NCBI GenBank assembly: GCA_963803975.1
Contig: CAWDOY010000025.1
Span: 91,106 to 155,105 of the forward strand
Direction of reading: 5' to 3'
DNA from: an uncultured delta proteobacterium
GTDB lineage: Bacteria > Desulfobacterota > WTBG01 > CAIYCZ01
Length of the DNA stretch: 64,000 bases
Shown in pieces: positions 12,489-21,450 of this stretch. Position 1 is the first letter of the stretch. Every line of letters begins with the position of its first letter. A program made the position numbers and the translations under genes. The notes beneath the pieces were generated by a model. It was not told the DNA's origin and ran no database searches. It saw only the letters and a list, made by a program, of their open reading frames with translations.

Positions 12489-13343
12489 TCATTCATCAAT
12501 GCACAGATATTTTGTCCAAGATACTCGGTTCTGCTGGATGTTATGCAACCGGTCCATTTTCATTGCGGAATTTTCTGGACATGCAGGCTGCGCGGTCTCT
12601 GGCATGCCCCCGTGTTCTTTTTCCCCTTGTTGCTGTTGAGGTTTCTGGCCATCATGCTGCTGAGGTTTCTGGCCATTTTGTTTTTTCTGTTTTTGGCTAT
12701 TTTGCTTTTGCTGTTTCTGGGCAGCTGGCTGCTGGTGCTGCGGTTTCTGGACATTATGCTGTTGCGGAGTCTGGACATCCCTCTGCTGACACCCTTGCTC
12801 TTGCTGGTGCTGAGGAGTCTGAACACCCTGCTGGTGACGATCCCTCTCAATACGATTATACCGTTCTCGCCTTGTATCATCCCTTCTCTCATGCTGATAC
12901 CAGTCATAACTGTCCCAATGCCGTCCTCGATCCCATGACTGCCAGTTGCTGTGGAAATCATCGTAGTGTATCCGGTGATATCCGGATGGCACGTAGTGAA
13001 TATATTCCGGCGGTAGAACAATGATGACTTGCGGGACGATAGACGTCTCGATATAGTCCCAGCGCTCGTTGTAGTGGGAAGACCGGAACCAGCGGTCATT
13101 ATAAAACCTGTACCAGTTGCCACCGTAGAAATAGACTCCATCATAATCCGGCACCATATAGACATAGCTTCTTCCACTGGGAACCACGTAGACATCAGGC
13201 GGTGCGGCAAATTGCAAAGGCGGAGGTGCAACGATGTTAATGTTGACCTGCACCTGTGCCGACGCCTGTTTCGTCCCCCCGAGGCCAAACAAGGCCCCGA
13301 AAAGAACGACTAATCCCAATACACTGCACATACTTTTTTTCAT
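12489..13343 (-). CDS. Secreted Pro/Tyr/Trp-rich protein with Gln-rich repeat tail
   Basis: Signal peptide, VNINIVAPPPL, aromatic-rich core, repeated QKPQQH/QTPQHQ units. Confidence 0.7.
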   Translation of the reverse strand: MKKSMCSVLGLVVLFGALFGLGGTKQASAQVQVNINIVAPPPLQFAAPPDVYVVPSGRSYVYMVPDYDGVYFYGGNWYRFYNDRWFRSSHYNERWDYIETSIVPQVIIVLPPEYIHYVPSGYHRIHYDDFHSNWQSWDRGRHWDSYDWYQHERRDDTRRERYNRIERDRHQQGVQTPQHQQEQGCQQRDVQTPQQHNVQKPQHQQPAAQKQQKQNSQKQKKQNGQKPQQHDGQKPQQQQGEKEHGGMPETAQPACPENSAMKMDRLHNIQQNRVSWTKYLCIDE

Positions 13344-13483
13344 TTTCTAACTCCCTTGCGGCCGAAGGCCGCATTACTACGACTTTTCCCATCAAAGAAT
13401 CCACCCTACCCACTGGCAGTGTTTAATCTTCGTTTTGGCTTTGATGGGTATACTCTAATCTTCTCAACCTTATCGACCCATTC

Positions 13484-13711
13484 CTACTTTTTATGCTCGC
13501 CGACTATGTAGCCTGCGACCCCGCCTACGGCAGCACCGGCCGCTGCGCCAACAAGAGGGCTTCCTCCAACGGCTGCGCCAAGTACTGCCCCGCCGACAGC
13601 GCCAATGCCTGCCCCGCTAAGAGTCGTTTGTTGTGTTCTGGACATGCCAGAACACCCGACGAACGTAAAAACAAAAACAAGAATAATGAAGACAACTGCG
13701 ATGCGGTTCAT
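13484..13711 (-). CDS. Glycine-zipper lipoprotein (OsmB-like)
   Basis: FVGC lipobox; GAGIGAVGGAVLG...GAAAGAAVGG. Confidence 0.8.
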   Translation of the reverse strand: MNRIAVVFIILVFVFTFVGCSGMSRTQQTTLSGAGIGAVGGAVLGAAVGGSPLVGAAAGAAVGGVAGYIVGEHKK

Positions 13712-13747
13712 ATCATCTCTCCTTTTTAGCTTATAATGTTGTCAGGG

Positions 13748-14215
13748 CTATTTTTTAAGCGGACGACCAGCGATGCCCGTTTTTATATTTGGTTTGATCA
13801 TTTCATCCCAGAGTACACTCGTCACGGGCTTTTCAATCTGATCCGGATGCATCTCGTAGTACTTGTCCACCCGGGCAACAACCTCATTCATTGGCATATT
13901 AGCCATTCCTTCAACAACCTTTGGGACAAGACTCTCCCGTTTAAGCTCCGGGTACTTTTCCATCAGGTAAAATTCAATTGACACCACATGTCCGAAACCC
14001 CAGATAAAAGCCACCTTGCTATCGTGCGTCATCTTTTGCCAGAGATCCCCTTTTAGAATTGGCATTCCCAGGGAGTCTTGCAACCCTTTTTCAACGGCTT
14101 TTCTGCCGGCCTTTTGCTCGGAAGTTATCCCTGCAGCCAGCACGTCAAACGAGCAGGCCATGAACGCAAGTAAAGGAACGATAATTACGCAACATTTTAA
14201 AAATACTTTTTTCAT
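13748..14215 (-). CDS. Hypothetical exported protein
   Basis: Signal peptide-like N-terminus; co-oriented with cluster. Confidence 0.65.
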   Translation of the reverse strand: MKKVFLKCCVIIVPLLAFMACSFDVLAAGITSEQKAGRKAVEKGLQDSLGMPILKGDLWQKMTHDSKVAFIWGFGHVVSIEFYLMEKYPELKRESLVPKVVEGMANMPMNEVVARVDKYYEMHPDQIEKPVTSVLWDEMIKPNIKTGIAGRPLKK

Positions 14216-14392
14216 ATGCACTTTCCTGGTTAAAAGTTTATGTATTTACCGGGGAGTCTATTCTCGGCTATCGTTCGCCCAAAATGGATCCCAACAGATG
14301 TTCAACCTGCCCCAGCGAGTAAGACGCCTGCCCTGCGCATCTGCGGAAATATCAGCAGGGCTTTGGCTTGTTGAAGTTTCGGTGAAGCCATT

Positions 14393-14575
14393 TTATTGCT
14401 TTATCGCTGTATAGCCTTTGCATAGTTGACAAGACTGGTGCATGTTTTTTTGAAATTTATTATGCTCCTGCCGAGTTCTGCACCAGTGTCTCCACCCCTC
14501 CCAGAACCACATAATTATCAGTCCAATTATCAGTGACCATAGGAGATGCATTGGCTGAAAAAGACCATCAAACAT
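14393..14575 (-). pseudogene. Degenerate TatA/E-like gene
   Basis: MFDGLFQPMHLL start; a shifted frame reads GAELGRSIINFKK (TatA amphipathic helix). Confidence 0.6.
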
Positions 14576-14596
14576 TTTCATTCCTCCGGTTAATTG

Positions 14597-14797
14597 TTAG
14601 TGTTCTTCAGCAGAGGCGATAGGGCTGTTTGCCTGCTTTGGAGTAAATAATAAATTATTACCCCGGTGTTGGGCGCCCTCTTTTTCTTCAAAAAGCATAT
14701 ATTCATCAAATACGTCACAAACCGGGTTGAAACACAACCTCCCATAAGCTGTGTCTATCAATTCATTATTGCAAACCGGGCATCTATTCTCAAACAT
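14597..14797 (-). CDS. Small Cys-rich (zinc-ribbon-like) hypothetical protein
   Basis: CPVC...CFNPVC; purine-rich RBS. Confidence 0.45.
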   Translation of the reverse strand: MFENRCPVCNNELIDTAYGRLCFNPVCDVFDEYMLFEEKEGAQHRGNNLLFTPKQANSPIASAEEH

Positions 14798-15069
14798 ACG
14801 TACCCCCTATCCCTTATTTGATCCTGCCATCGGTATAAAGTGATTGGCGAGTCTGAGAAAGAAGACCAACCACGATCAGAACCACTACGAAGTGAATTAA
14901 ATGCATACTGCACCTCCCTGTTCTCTGAGGAATACAGATTTAGGGACAGTTCCGGTTCTGCTCTGTTGAGTACCGTCGATTTCAGATGTACGTTAACCGC
15001 TATACTTTCAAGCGCTTGGCAGTGTCTGCGGCGACGTGACACCAAACGGGCGCAACCCGTGGCTGCATA

Positions 15070-15225
15070 TTAAATCCGACCCATCAGCAGCAGGATGACT
15101 AAAATAATAAGGACCAATCCAAGTCCACCGCTGGGATAGTACCCCCATTGCCGGCTATGTGGCCAGGTGGGCAAAGCGCCCAACAGCATTAAAATTAAAA
15201 TGACAAGCAAAATTGTTCCGAGCAT
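15070..15225 (-). CDS. DUF3309 family small membrane protein (not in ORF track)
   Basis: MLGTILLVILILMLLGALPTWPHSRQWGYYPSGGLGLVLIILVILLLMGRI; AGGAGG RBS. Confidence 0.85.
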   Translation of the reverse strand: MLGTILLVILILMLLGALPTWPHSRQWGYYPSGGLGLVLIILVILLLMGRI

Positions 15226-15242
15226 ATCGTTCCTCCTTCTAA

Positions 15243-15394
15243 CAGGTTGTTGAAAAAGTTGTTTTTCCCGGGCTGGTCAAAAATGCACAGTTGCAAGGCT
15301 CCCGAAATCCTCCGGAAGTGAGGCGTACTTCAGGGTACGCCGCAACGACGAAGGATAAGGGAAACGCCTCAGATGGGCGTTTTTCAACAGCCTT
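15243..15394. mobile_element. 152-bp MITE-like element
   Basis: TIRs AGGTTGTTGAAAAA / TTTTTCAACAGCCT; flanked by CTAA direct repeats (15239-15242, 15395-15398). Confidence 0.7.
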
Positions 15395-15441
15395 CTAAAT
15401 AGCGCAATTGGTGACACCGTCTCTTTAAGCGCGAAGCTTCA

Positions 15442-15639
15442 TTACTTGTTCTTTTCCTCGGCTTTCTGTGCGGCATCATCCATTGCATTTTTAGCTTTAT
15501 CAACGCTTTCATCAACCTTCTTGCCCGCCTTTTCCATGGTGCCTTCTTCCTTTTGGCAGCCCGAGACGGTGACGAAAAATACCAGAGCAACTATCACGGA
15601 AAGAATCCCCTTGAGAAATGTTACCATTGATCTTTTCAT
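15442..15639 (-). CDS. Small lipoprotein
   Basis: VSGC lipobox, EKAGKKVDE motif. Confidence 0.75.
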   Translation of the reverse strand: MKRSMVTFLKGILSVIVALVFFVTVSGCQKEEGTMEKAGKKVDESVDKAKNAMDDAAQKAEEKNK

Positions 15640-15706
15640 TGTGACCTCCTTTTTAAGTAACAGTTTATACTGTAACCAACATTATGGGAAACTTCAGCAT
15701 GCAGCG

Positions 15707-16282
15707 TTACTTTTTGATCTTCGTGAACTTTGCACCCTTCAGGGAAACGTCAAGCATGAGGCCCTTGGCACCAAAAACAAACGCTACGACCGGGTCCTTT
15801 AATGTAGTGGTGTCGAGCCGCTTGCCGCCGCCTACGTCAATAAGCGCCACGTTGCCGGTTACCCCTACTTCCCAGCCATCGATCTCCTTGAACTGCCTGA
15901 GCGCCTCCTCGGTCATGAAGGCTATGATAATATCCATCTGTTCTGCGCCAGCGGTGAATCCATAGGATCCGCCGACAAGATTATAGTACCCCTTCGACTT
16001 GCCTCCAATTCGAAGTACGCCCTGGCCGTACTCCCCGCCGACAATGAATCCTGCCTTGGTAACGCCGGACATCACCAGGAGCGCTTTCGCGGAAGAGGTA
16101 AGCTCTTTGGCACCATTGACCTCTTTATAGAATCGCTTCAGCGTCTGGTTGGCGTCTGCGTTGATCTCAGCAGCTGTCTTCGCGTACGCATTGTTGGAAA
16201 ACGTGCCGAAGGTCGCTATCATTAAGCCGATGAAAATTAACAGTACTGTTTTACCCGAGTTTCTTTTTGCAAATGTTTTCAT
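15707..16282 (-). CDS. YSC84/SYLF lipid-binding domain protein
   Basis: Signal peptide; KAGFIVGGEYGQGVL, GLMLDVSLKGAKF. Confidence 0.85.
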   Translation of the reverse strand: MKTFAKRNSGKTVLLIFIGLMIATFGTFSNNAYAKTAAEINADANQTLKRFYKEVNGAKELTSSAKALLVMSGVTKAGFIVGGEYGQGVLRIGGKSKGYYNLVGGSYGFTAGAEQMDIIIAFMTEEALRQFKEIDGWEVGVTGNVALIDVGGGKRLDTTTLKDPVVAFVFGAKGLMLDVSLKGAKFTKIKK

Positions 16283-16423
16283 GGTTTTCTCCTTTTTAAG
16301 TAAAACGTTTTGTTTTAAAAAATTGGTTATTTGAAAAATGAAACGTGTTGCTTTTGACCACTACCTTTCTCCAACCTTCCTGCAACCTCCTTCTAATTCA
16401 GCCCTTTACTGCCTGAACTGGGT

Positions 16424-17444
16424 CTAAGGGTTGACTCCTTCGTTCAGGATAATAACATCAACCCGCCTGTTCTGCTCTCGTCCTGCCGCGGTATCATTGC
16501 CGGCCACCGGGGATTCTTCTCCAAACCCCTTGGTTGTAATACGACCCTTGCCGATCCCCTTAGCGACCAGCTTATTGCTCACGGCATTGGCCCGGTTCAG
16601 GGAAAGGTCGAGGTTAGTTCCCTCCGCCCCCGTACTGTCGGTATAGCCCTCGATGAGCACGCTGCGATCAGGGTATTCCCTCATAAAGGCAGCCAGCCTG
16701 TTTATTTCGTTATCAGCCATGGGAGACAGGGTGGCCGTGCCGGTGGCGAACAGCACATCGCCTATCGTCAGGACGATGCCCCGCTCAGTCATCCTGCCCT
16801 TCAGGGCGGCAATCTCTTGCTGCAGCTTATCCGCCTTGTCCGTGGCCTTTTCAGCCTTCTGTGTTTGGGACCAGGCTTCCGCGTTCGACTCTCTGGGCTG
16901 CCGCCTTTGACTCTCTGGCCGCAGCGTTCGACTCCCTGGCCTCCATTCTCGCTATTTGAGCCTCTCGGGTTCGGGACCAGGCTCTCGCGTTCGACTCTCT
17001 GGCCGCCGCATTTGACTCCCTGGCTTCCGCGTTTGACTCCCTGGCTTCCATCCTCGCTATTTGCTCACGCCCACGCCCCTGAACTACCAACCGTTCGGTT
17101 TCCCTGCTGAGAGCCTTTTTCTCATTTTCTGCCATCTGCTCCTCAGCGGTGGCAACGGCGATCCGGGTTTTCATTTCCGCCAGGTAGGCCAGGTGATCCA
17201 TTTCATCATACTCTCTGGCCTGCTCAGCAGCATCGACAGCCCTGCCGGCATCCATCAGGGGAATCTGGGCATTGATTGCCACATTAGGATTCGCCCTGGC
17301 TTGGGCATACGCTGCTTTGGCGTTCGCCAAATGGTCCCTTGCCATCATTTCCTGCTGGGAGGGGCCGCATCCCGCAAAAATCATTAAGACCGGGATGAAA
17401 AACCCGAACCCGATTTTAATCACACTGTGTATTTTGTTAGTCAT
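16424..17444 (-). CDS. DUF4398-OmpA family lipoprotein with heptad-repeat linker, one frameshift near 16896
   Basis: FAGC lipobox, HLAYLA DUF4398 motif, ARESNAx repeats, OmpA-C IEGYTDSTG..NLDLSLNRA..NRRVDV. Confidence 0.85.
16870..17065 (-). repeat. 21-bp tandem repeats encoding ARES(N/K)Ax
   Basis: Six units in two blocks, each block preceded by QIARME. Confidence 0.85.
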
Positions 17445-17485
17445 TTTCTGTTCCTCCTTAAAGGGTTGTTATCTTGGATATGCGC

Positions 17486-17869
17486 TCAAGGTCTTGGCGG
17501 CAGGTTCCGGATGTTTTGACGCATCTGTTCAGCGTCCTTTTTTGCTTTCTCGGCTTTAGCCTCGATGCGAGCACAGTCCGCGTCGACCGTCGCTTTCTCT
17601 GCCAAACGGGTGGCCCTCAGGTACTCAGCGTCTGTAAACGCCAGATTAGCCTGCGAGAGTTTATCCTCGGCAGTCCTCAAATCCACGGGGGTGTTTGTGC
17701 TCGCATTGCTTTCCCTGGCGACGCTGATGGCCTTCTCACTCTCGGATATTTTCATGGTTGCGGTGGAAAGGCTGCCGCTGGATGCGCAGCCCACCGTCAG
17801 CAACATGGCGAGGGCCCCCATGAAAAATAAAGGAAAAAACATCTGCCTGTTTGAAGTTTTGTGTTGCAT
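17486..17869 (-). CDS. DUF4398 domain lipoprotein
   Basis: TVGC lipobox; AEDKLSQA..ATRLAEKATVDA; precedes the OmpA gene. Confidence 0.8.
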   Translation of the reverse strand: MQHKTSNRQMFFPLFFMGALAMLLTVGCASSGSLSTATMKISESEKAISVARESNASTNTPVDLRTAEDKLSQANLAFTDAEYLRATRLAEKATVDADCARIEAKAEKAKKDAEQMRQNIRNLPPRP

Positions 17870-17943
17870 GTGCTTACTCCTTTCTGCGACTGATTACAGT
17901 GCACAATTGAAATCTTGTTGATGAATATTCACTTAAATTGTTT

Positions 17944-18402
17944 TTACTTTTTTGTGCCAAAAAAGAACGCCTTGGTCTCATCCTGTTTATCATAACCACT
18001 TATATTGAGCTGAGAATAGGTAACATTCATCTGGCCGATAATAATGGTATCGATAAGATTTATTCCTTTGACATCAAATGTATATTTATCTAACGAGTTC
18101 TCAGTAATAACTTCATAGTTTGCAGTAAAAGAGATTCCGTCTTCATTAAACGCACCACTGCCTCCCACACCCACGACACCGCCATCAAAGCTGTCAACTA
18201 TGAAGTTATCATCATCTTCAAATGTAAACGCATCATGTTTAACATCCCCTTTGCTGCAATAGTCTCCGGCATCATCTCTACAGAACGCCGTTATCTCATA
18301 GTCATTTCCATTAAGAGATACAAGCGTTACAGCATATGATGCTGAAGAGAATGTTAAAAACAAACCAGTAACCATGATTGCTATCATCATTAATTTTTTC
18401 AT
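17944..18402 (-). CDS. Hypothetical secreted protein
   Basis: Signal peptide ending ASYA; AT-richer than neighbours. Confidence 0.65.
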   Translation of the reverse strand: MKKLMMIAIMVTGLFLTFSSASYAVTLVSLNGNDYEITAFCRDDAGDYCSKGDVKHDAFTFEDDDNFIVDSFDGGVVGVGGSGAFNEDGISFTANYEVITENSLDKYTFDVKGINLIDTIIIGQMNVTYSQLNISGYDKQDETKAFFFGTKK

Positions 18403-18574
18403 ACATGATTCCCTTTCTTATCTTGAAATTTCTATTACGTGGGTCCCCACCATCCTGTTTTCTCATGGTCAAGCATCAGGTTCGATCTCATGAGCCCGCA
18501 GCTTTCTGCCATTCTGCAGGAGCCTTTCGGCGCTGCGCAGGATAAACTCTGCGGTTAAAACATTTTGCCTCTGG

Positions 18575-18796
18575 TCACCCCTTTCTGTTCCCCACGACCA
18601 GCAGCACGATGCCTCCCACGAGCGCAATAGCTCCGAGGATCGGCGGCAGGGGAAACGTTTTCGTTTTCTCAGCAGTCATCTGGATAGGACCGAGATCGAC
18701 GACCTTCTCTCTGGTTGTATACGTGATGCCCTGGTACGTGAACACCACGACGCCTACAGCGATCAGTATGATTGCAATTATGGTTTTTGTACTCAT
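18575..18796 (-). CDS. DUF3185-family small membrane protein
   Basis: YQGITYTTREKVVDLGPI..LPPILG. Confidence 0.75.
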   Translation of the reverse strand: MSTKTIIAIILIAVGVVVFTYQGITYTTREKVVDLGPIQMTAEKTKTFPLPPILGAIALVGGIVLLVVGNRKG

Positions 18797-18834
18797 CTCG
18801 AACCTCCAATTTCCTTTTCTCGGTCAAGTGCTTC

Positions 18835-18984
18835 TTACACTGCTCGTCGGCCCTGAATGATGTTGACCAGCACCATGATAACGGCAACCACCATCAGGAT
18901 GTGAACAAACCCTCCCATCGTGTAACTGGTCACCAACCCCAGCAGCCACAAAACTATCAGTATCACGGCAATTGTCCACAGCAT
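18835..18984 (-). CDS. lmo0937-family membrane protein, copy 1 (not in ORF track)
   Basis: MLWTIAVILIVLWLLGLVTSYTMGGFVHILMVVAVIMVLVNIIQGRRAV; AGGAGG RBS. Confidence 0.85.
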   Translation of the reverse strand: MLWTIAVILIVLWLLGLVTSYTMGGFVHILMVVAVIMVLVNIIQGRRAV

Positions 18985-19070
18985 ATGATCCTCCTTTCAG
19001 TTTGCTCTTGGATTCACTGCCGGTTGGTTCAGTCCCGCACCAGCCGGCAGAGATCCAGAGTCTATTGACA

Positions 19071-19868
19071 CTACTCGATGGTCATCTGGTTGTTTACGCT
19101 CTTCACGCCGTGAACGTCTTTCACGAATTTAGTGGCCAGATCCTTCTCGGACTCGTTTTTGGCCTTGCCACTCAACGTGACCGCTCCATCATTCGTCTCG
19201 ACCTTGGTGTTGAGGGCGCTGGTCGAGCGATGATACAGCAACGTCATCTTGACCAGGGCGGTGATGGACGCGTCATCAACCGATTCGCCCACGTCATCAA
19301 TCTTTTCGCCCATTGTTTCGCCCGGTTTTACTGAAGTCTTAGCTACTGTCATCTTGTTTATCACGCTTTTGACGTCTTCTACATCCTTGGCGTATTCGGT
19401 CGTCAGTTCCTTTTGTGCCTGGCTGGAGGCATTGCCGCGCAGGGTTACGATGCCTTTTTTGGCGGAAACCTTGGTCTGGTAGGCGCTCACGTTGCGATGG
19501 AACAGGAGCGTGGCTTTCACTTTTGCACTGAGCCACGCATCTGAGTTAGCGGCGGCGCGTACCCCTTTGATTTCCAGTTTGTTGTCAACGCTTTTGACCC
19601 CGGGCAGGCTCGCCACGGTCCCCTGAGCCAGCGCGCGGTTCATTTCTTCGGCGACAGTACCCGTCAAGGTGACAACGCCATCACTGGACTGGATTTTAAT
19701 ATCATCATCCTTGAGGTAGGTCTTGAACACATAGGACTTCCTGGCTGTTGATTCGATGCGGTCATCCGTCTCGGATGCGCGCAGAGGCACGCTGCTTACC
19801 AGCAGAGCGACCACAGCCACCATCAGTGGCACAAAATACATTGCTTTTATTGCTTTCATTGTTCTCAT
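19071..19868 (-). CDS. Triple BON-domain (OsmY-like) protein
   Basis: Signal peptide; three GxVTLxG...GVKSVxN repeats. Confidence 0.9.
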   Translation of the reverse strand: MRTMKAIKAMYFVPLMVAVVALLVSSVPLRASETDDRIESTARKSYVFKTYLKDDDIKIQSSDGVVTLTGTVAEEMNRALAQGTVASLPGVKSVDNKLEIKGVRAAANSDAWLSAKVKATLLFHRNVSAYQTKVSAKKGIVTLRGNASSQAQKELTTEYAKDVEDVKSVINKMTVAKTSVKPGETMGEKIDDVGESVDDASITALVKMTLLYHRSTSALNTKVETNDGAVTLSGKAKNESEKDLATKFVKDVHGVKSVNNQMTIE

Positions 19869-19974
19869 GGTACTCTCCTTTATGTTGTTGTATGTTGTTA
19901 CGTTTATTTTCGTTTCTGTCTCCCTTGAAAAGAATATGAGCTGCCCCTTCACGCCTTTCTTCCGAGCATCTTCT

Positions 19975-20166
19975 TCACCTGCCCACATAAATCCCGGGGA
20001 AATTGGTTAAAACACCAAACACCCGCAATAGCCACAGAATCACTACAATAATCACGACGATATTCAGTATTTTCTTTATATTAGCATCCATCGGTATGTA
20101 GTTATTAACCAGCCATAGAAGCACCCCAACGATAACCAGAACAAGAATTAATTGAATTAACGGCAC
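19975..20166 (-). CDS. Thivi_2564-family small membrane protein
   Basis: LVIVGVLLWLVNNYIPMDANIKKILNIVV. Confidence 0.8.
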   Translation of the reverse strand: MPLIQLILVLVIVGVLLWLVNNYIPMDANIKKILNIVVIIVVILWLLRVFGVLTNFPGIYVGR

Positions 20167-20323
20167 AGTGTTTCTCCTTTCTTATTTGTTGCAATGTTCA
20201 CAAATTATGTATGCGCGCTGGGTGGTGTCCCACTGCTGATACAATTTTTACATTGCTGGTTACCCGTTTCTCACTCTCATCCTTCATGTCGTCAGCGCGG
20301 TTTTGGTCATGATCTCCCGCTTA

Positions 20324-20473
20324 CTACACGGCACTCCGGCCTTGAATGATGTTGACCAGCACCATGATAACGGCAACCACAATCAGGATGTGAATAAACC
20401 CTCCCATCGTGTAACTGCTCACCAACCCCAGCAGCCACAAAACTATCAGTATCACTGCAATCGTCCACAACAT
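20324..20473 (-). CDS. lmo0937-family membrane protein, copy 2 (not in ORF track)
   Basis: MLWTIAVILIVLWLLGLVSSYTMGGFIHILIVVAVIMVLVNIIQGRSAV. Confidence 0.85.
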   Translation of the reverse strand: MLWTIAVILIVLWLLGLVSSYTMGGFIHILIVVAVIMVLVNIIQGRSAV

Positions 20474-20828
20474 ATGATCCTCCTTTCACTTGTTTAAACT
20501 GGCACAATCCGCACAGCGCCACTTCCCCTGCAATGATCCCGTATGCTGATATGCCTTTGCCCTGCTTGCACACCAAACACCTCATGATTTACGGGGTGCC
20601 GGGTTCGTAATGGATTGTTAATTAGGGCACATAATGTTGTAATAAATTGTCGCAGCGACTATTAATAAAATGACTTGTTCCATGATTACCCTCTCTTTGC
20701 TATTTCTCTTTTTCTGCACATATCACTCTCCTTTGAAAAAGCCTCAGTCAGCAAAAAAACTGAAGGGAACGTTTAGAATTGGGTTGTTCGATTGAATAAA
20801 TCTTAGCTTTAAATATCCCCATTGTCTG

Positions 20829-21173
20829 TCAGGAAAGTTTGACATTTTGTGTAGGGAATGTTTGATTGATTAAGCCCTCCATTCCCGTTGGGTGGAAAAC
20901 GGTGTGGAACAGCATTTCATAGGGCTCTTGGAGAAGGCTCATCGCTCCCCGAAGTACCCTGAAACGCCCTGACTTCAGGTAGCTCTTAAGGTTCTTTTGG
21001 GTATCCCATTCCTCAAGAAGACAGAGTTCATTTTCATTCTCCATACTCTGACAAAAGTCGCAGCGCCTGCATCCCTTCTCCGCTCGTATGGAGCCGATCA
21101 GTGAAGCAATCGTCTGTGACAGCTCCATGCGCTTCTCAGAAAGAACCTTCATTCGTATCATGATAAGTATCAT
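20829..21173 (-). CDS. Antibiotic biosynthesis monooxygenase (ABM) family protein, copy A
   Basis: IRAEKGC..LCLLEEWDT; near-identical to 27871..28236. Confidence 0.8.
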   Translation of the reverse strand: MILIMIRMKVLSEKRMELSQTIASLIGSIRAEKGCRRCDFCQSMENENELCLLEEWDTQKNLKSYLKSGRFRVLRGAMSLLQEPYEMLFHTVFHPTGMEGLINQTFPTQNVKLS

Positions 21174-21185
21174 GAAGACTCTAAT

Positions 21186-21202
21186 TGCAAAGGGGTTGCC
21201 AA
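21186..21202 (-). promoter_or_regulatory. sigma54 -24/-12 promoter, copy A
   Basis: TTGGCAACCCCTTTGCA on the minus strand. Confidence 0.75.
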
Positions 21203-21450
21203 CAACCGTAAAAAACAAAAGTTTTGAATTAATCCTTTAATAACAGGGGTTTGGATTGATAGAAGAGAATTAGAGAAGTAAGAAACGATCTGGTTGGCCA
21301 CTATATTTAGTGGAACCTCAGCATATTGAGGGATACTTTGAAGGGAGGAGGACCGTCTAATCTGGTTCTTTTGTCTCCGGGCAGACCCAGGAAGAGCGCA
21401 AATGAAAATAATAATTAGAACCGTCCCCTTTTACTTTTAACGAATCGAAT

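Larger units (their letters stand above)
20702..21380. repeat. About 680-bp direct repeat, copy A (copy B at 27764-28447)
   Basis: Colinear, high-identity match containing the ABM gene, its upstream region, the last codons of the sigma54 activator and the first codons of the Grx-like gene. Confidence 0.95.

Noticed and set aside
13357..13448. Hairpins (TGCGGCC-GAA-GGCCGCA; CCCATCAAAG..CTTTGATGGG) as integron attC sites
   Set aside because: They lack RYYYAAC/GTTRRRY cores and are not repeated between genes.
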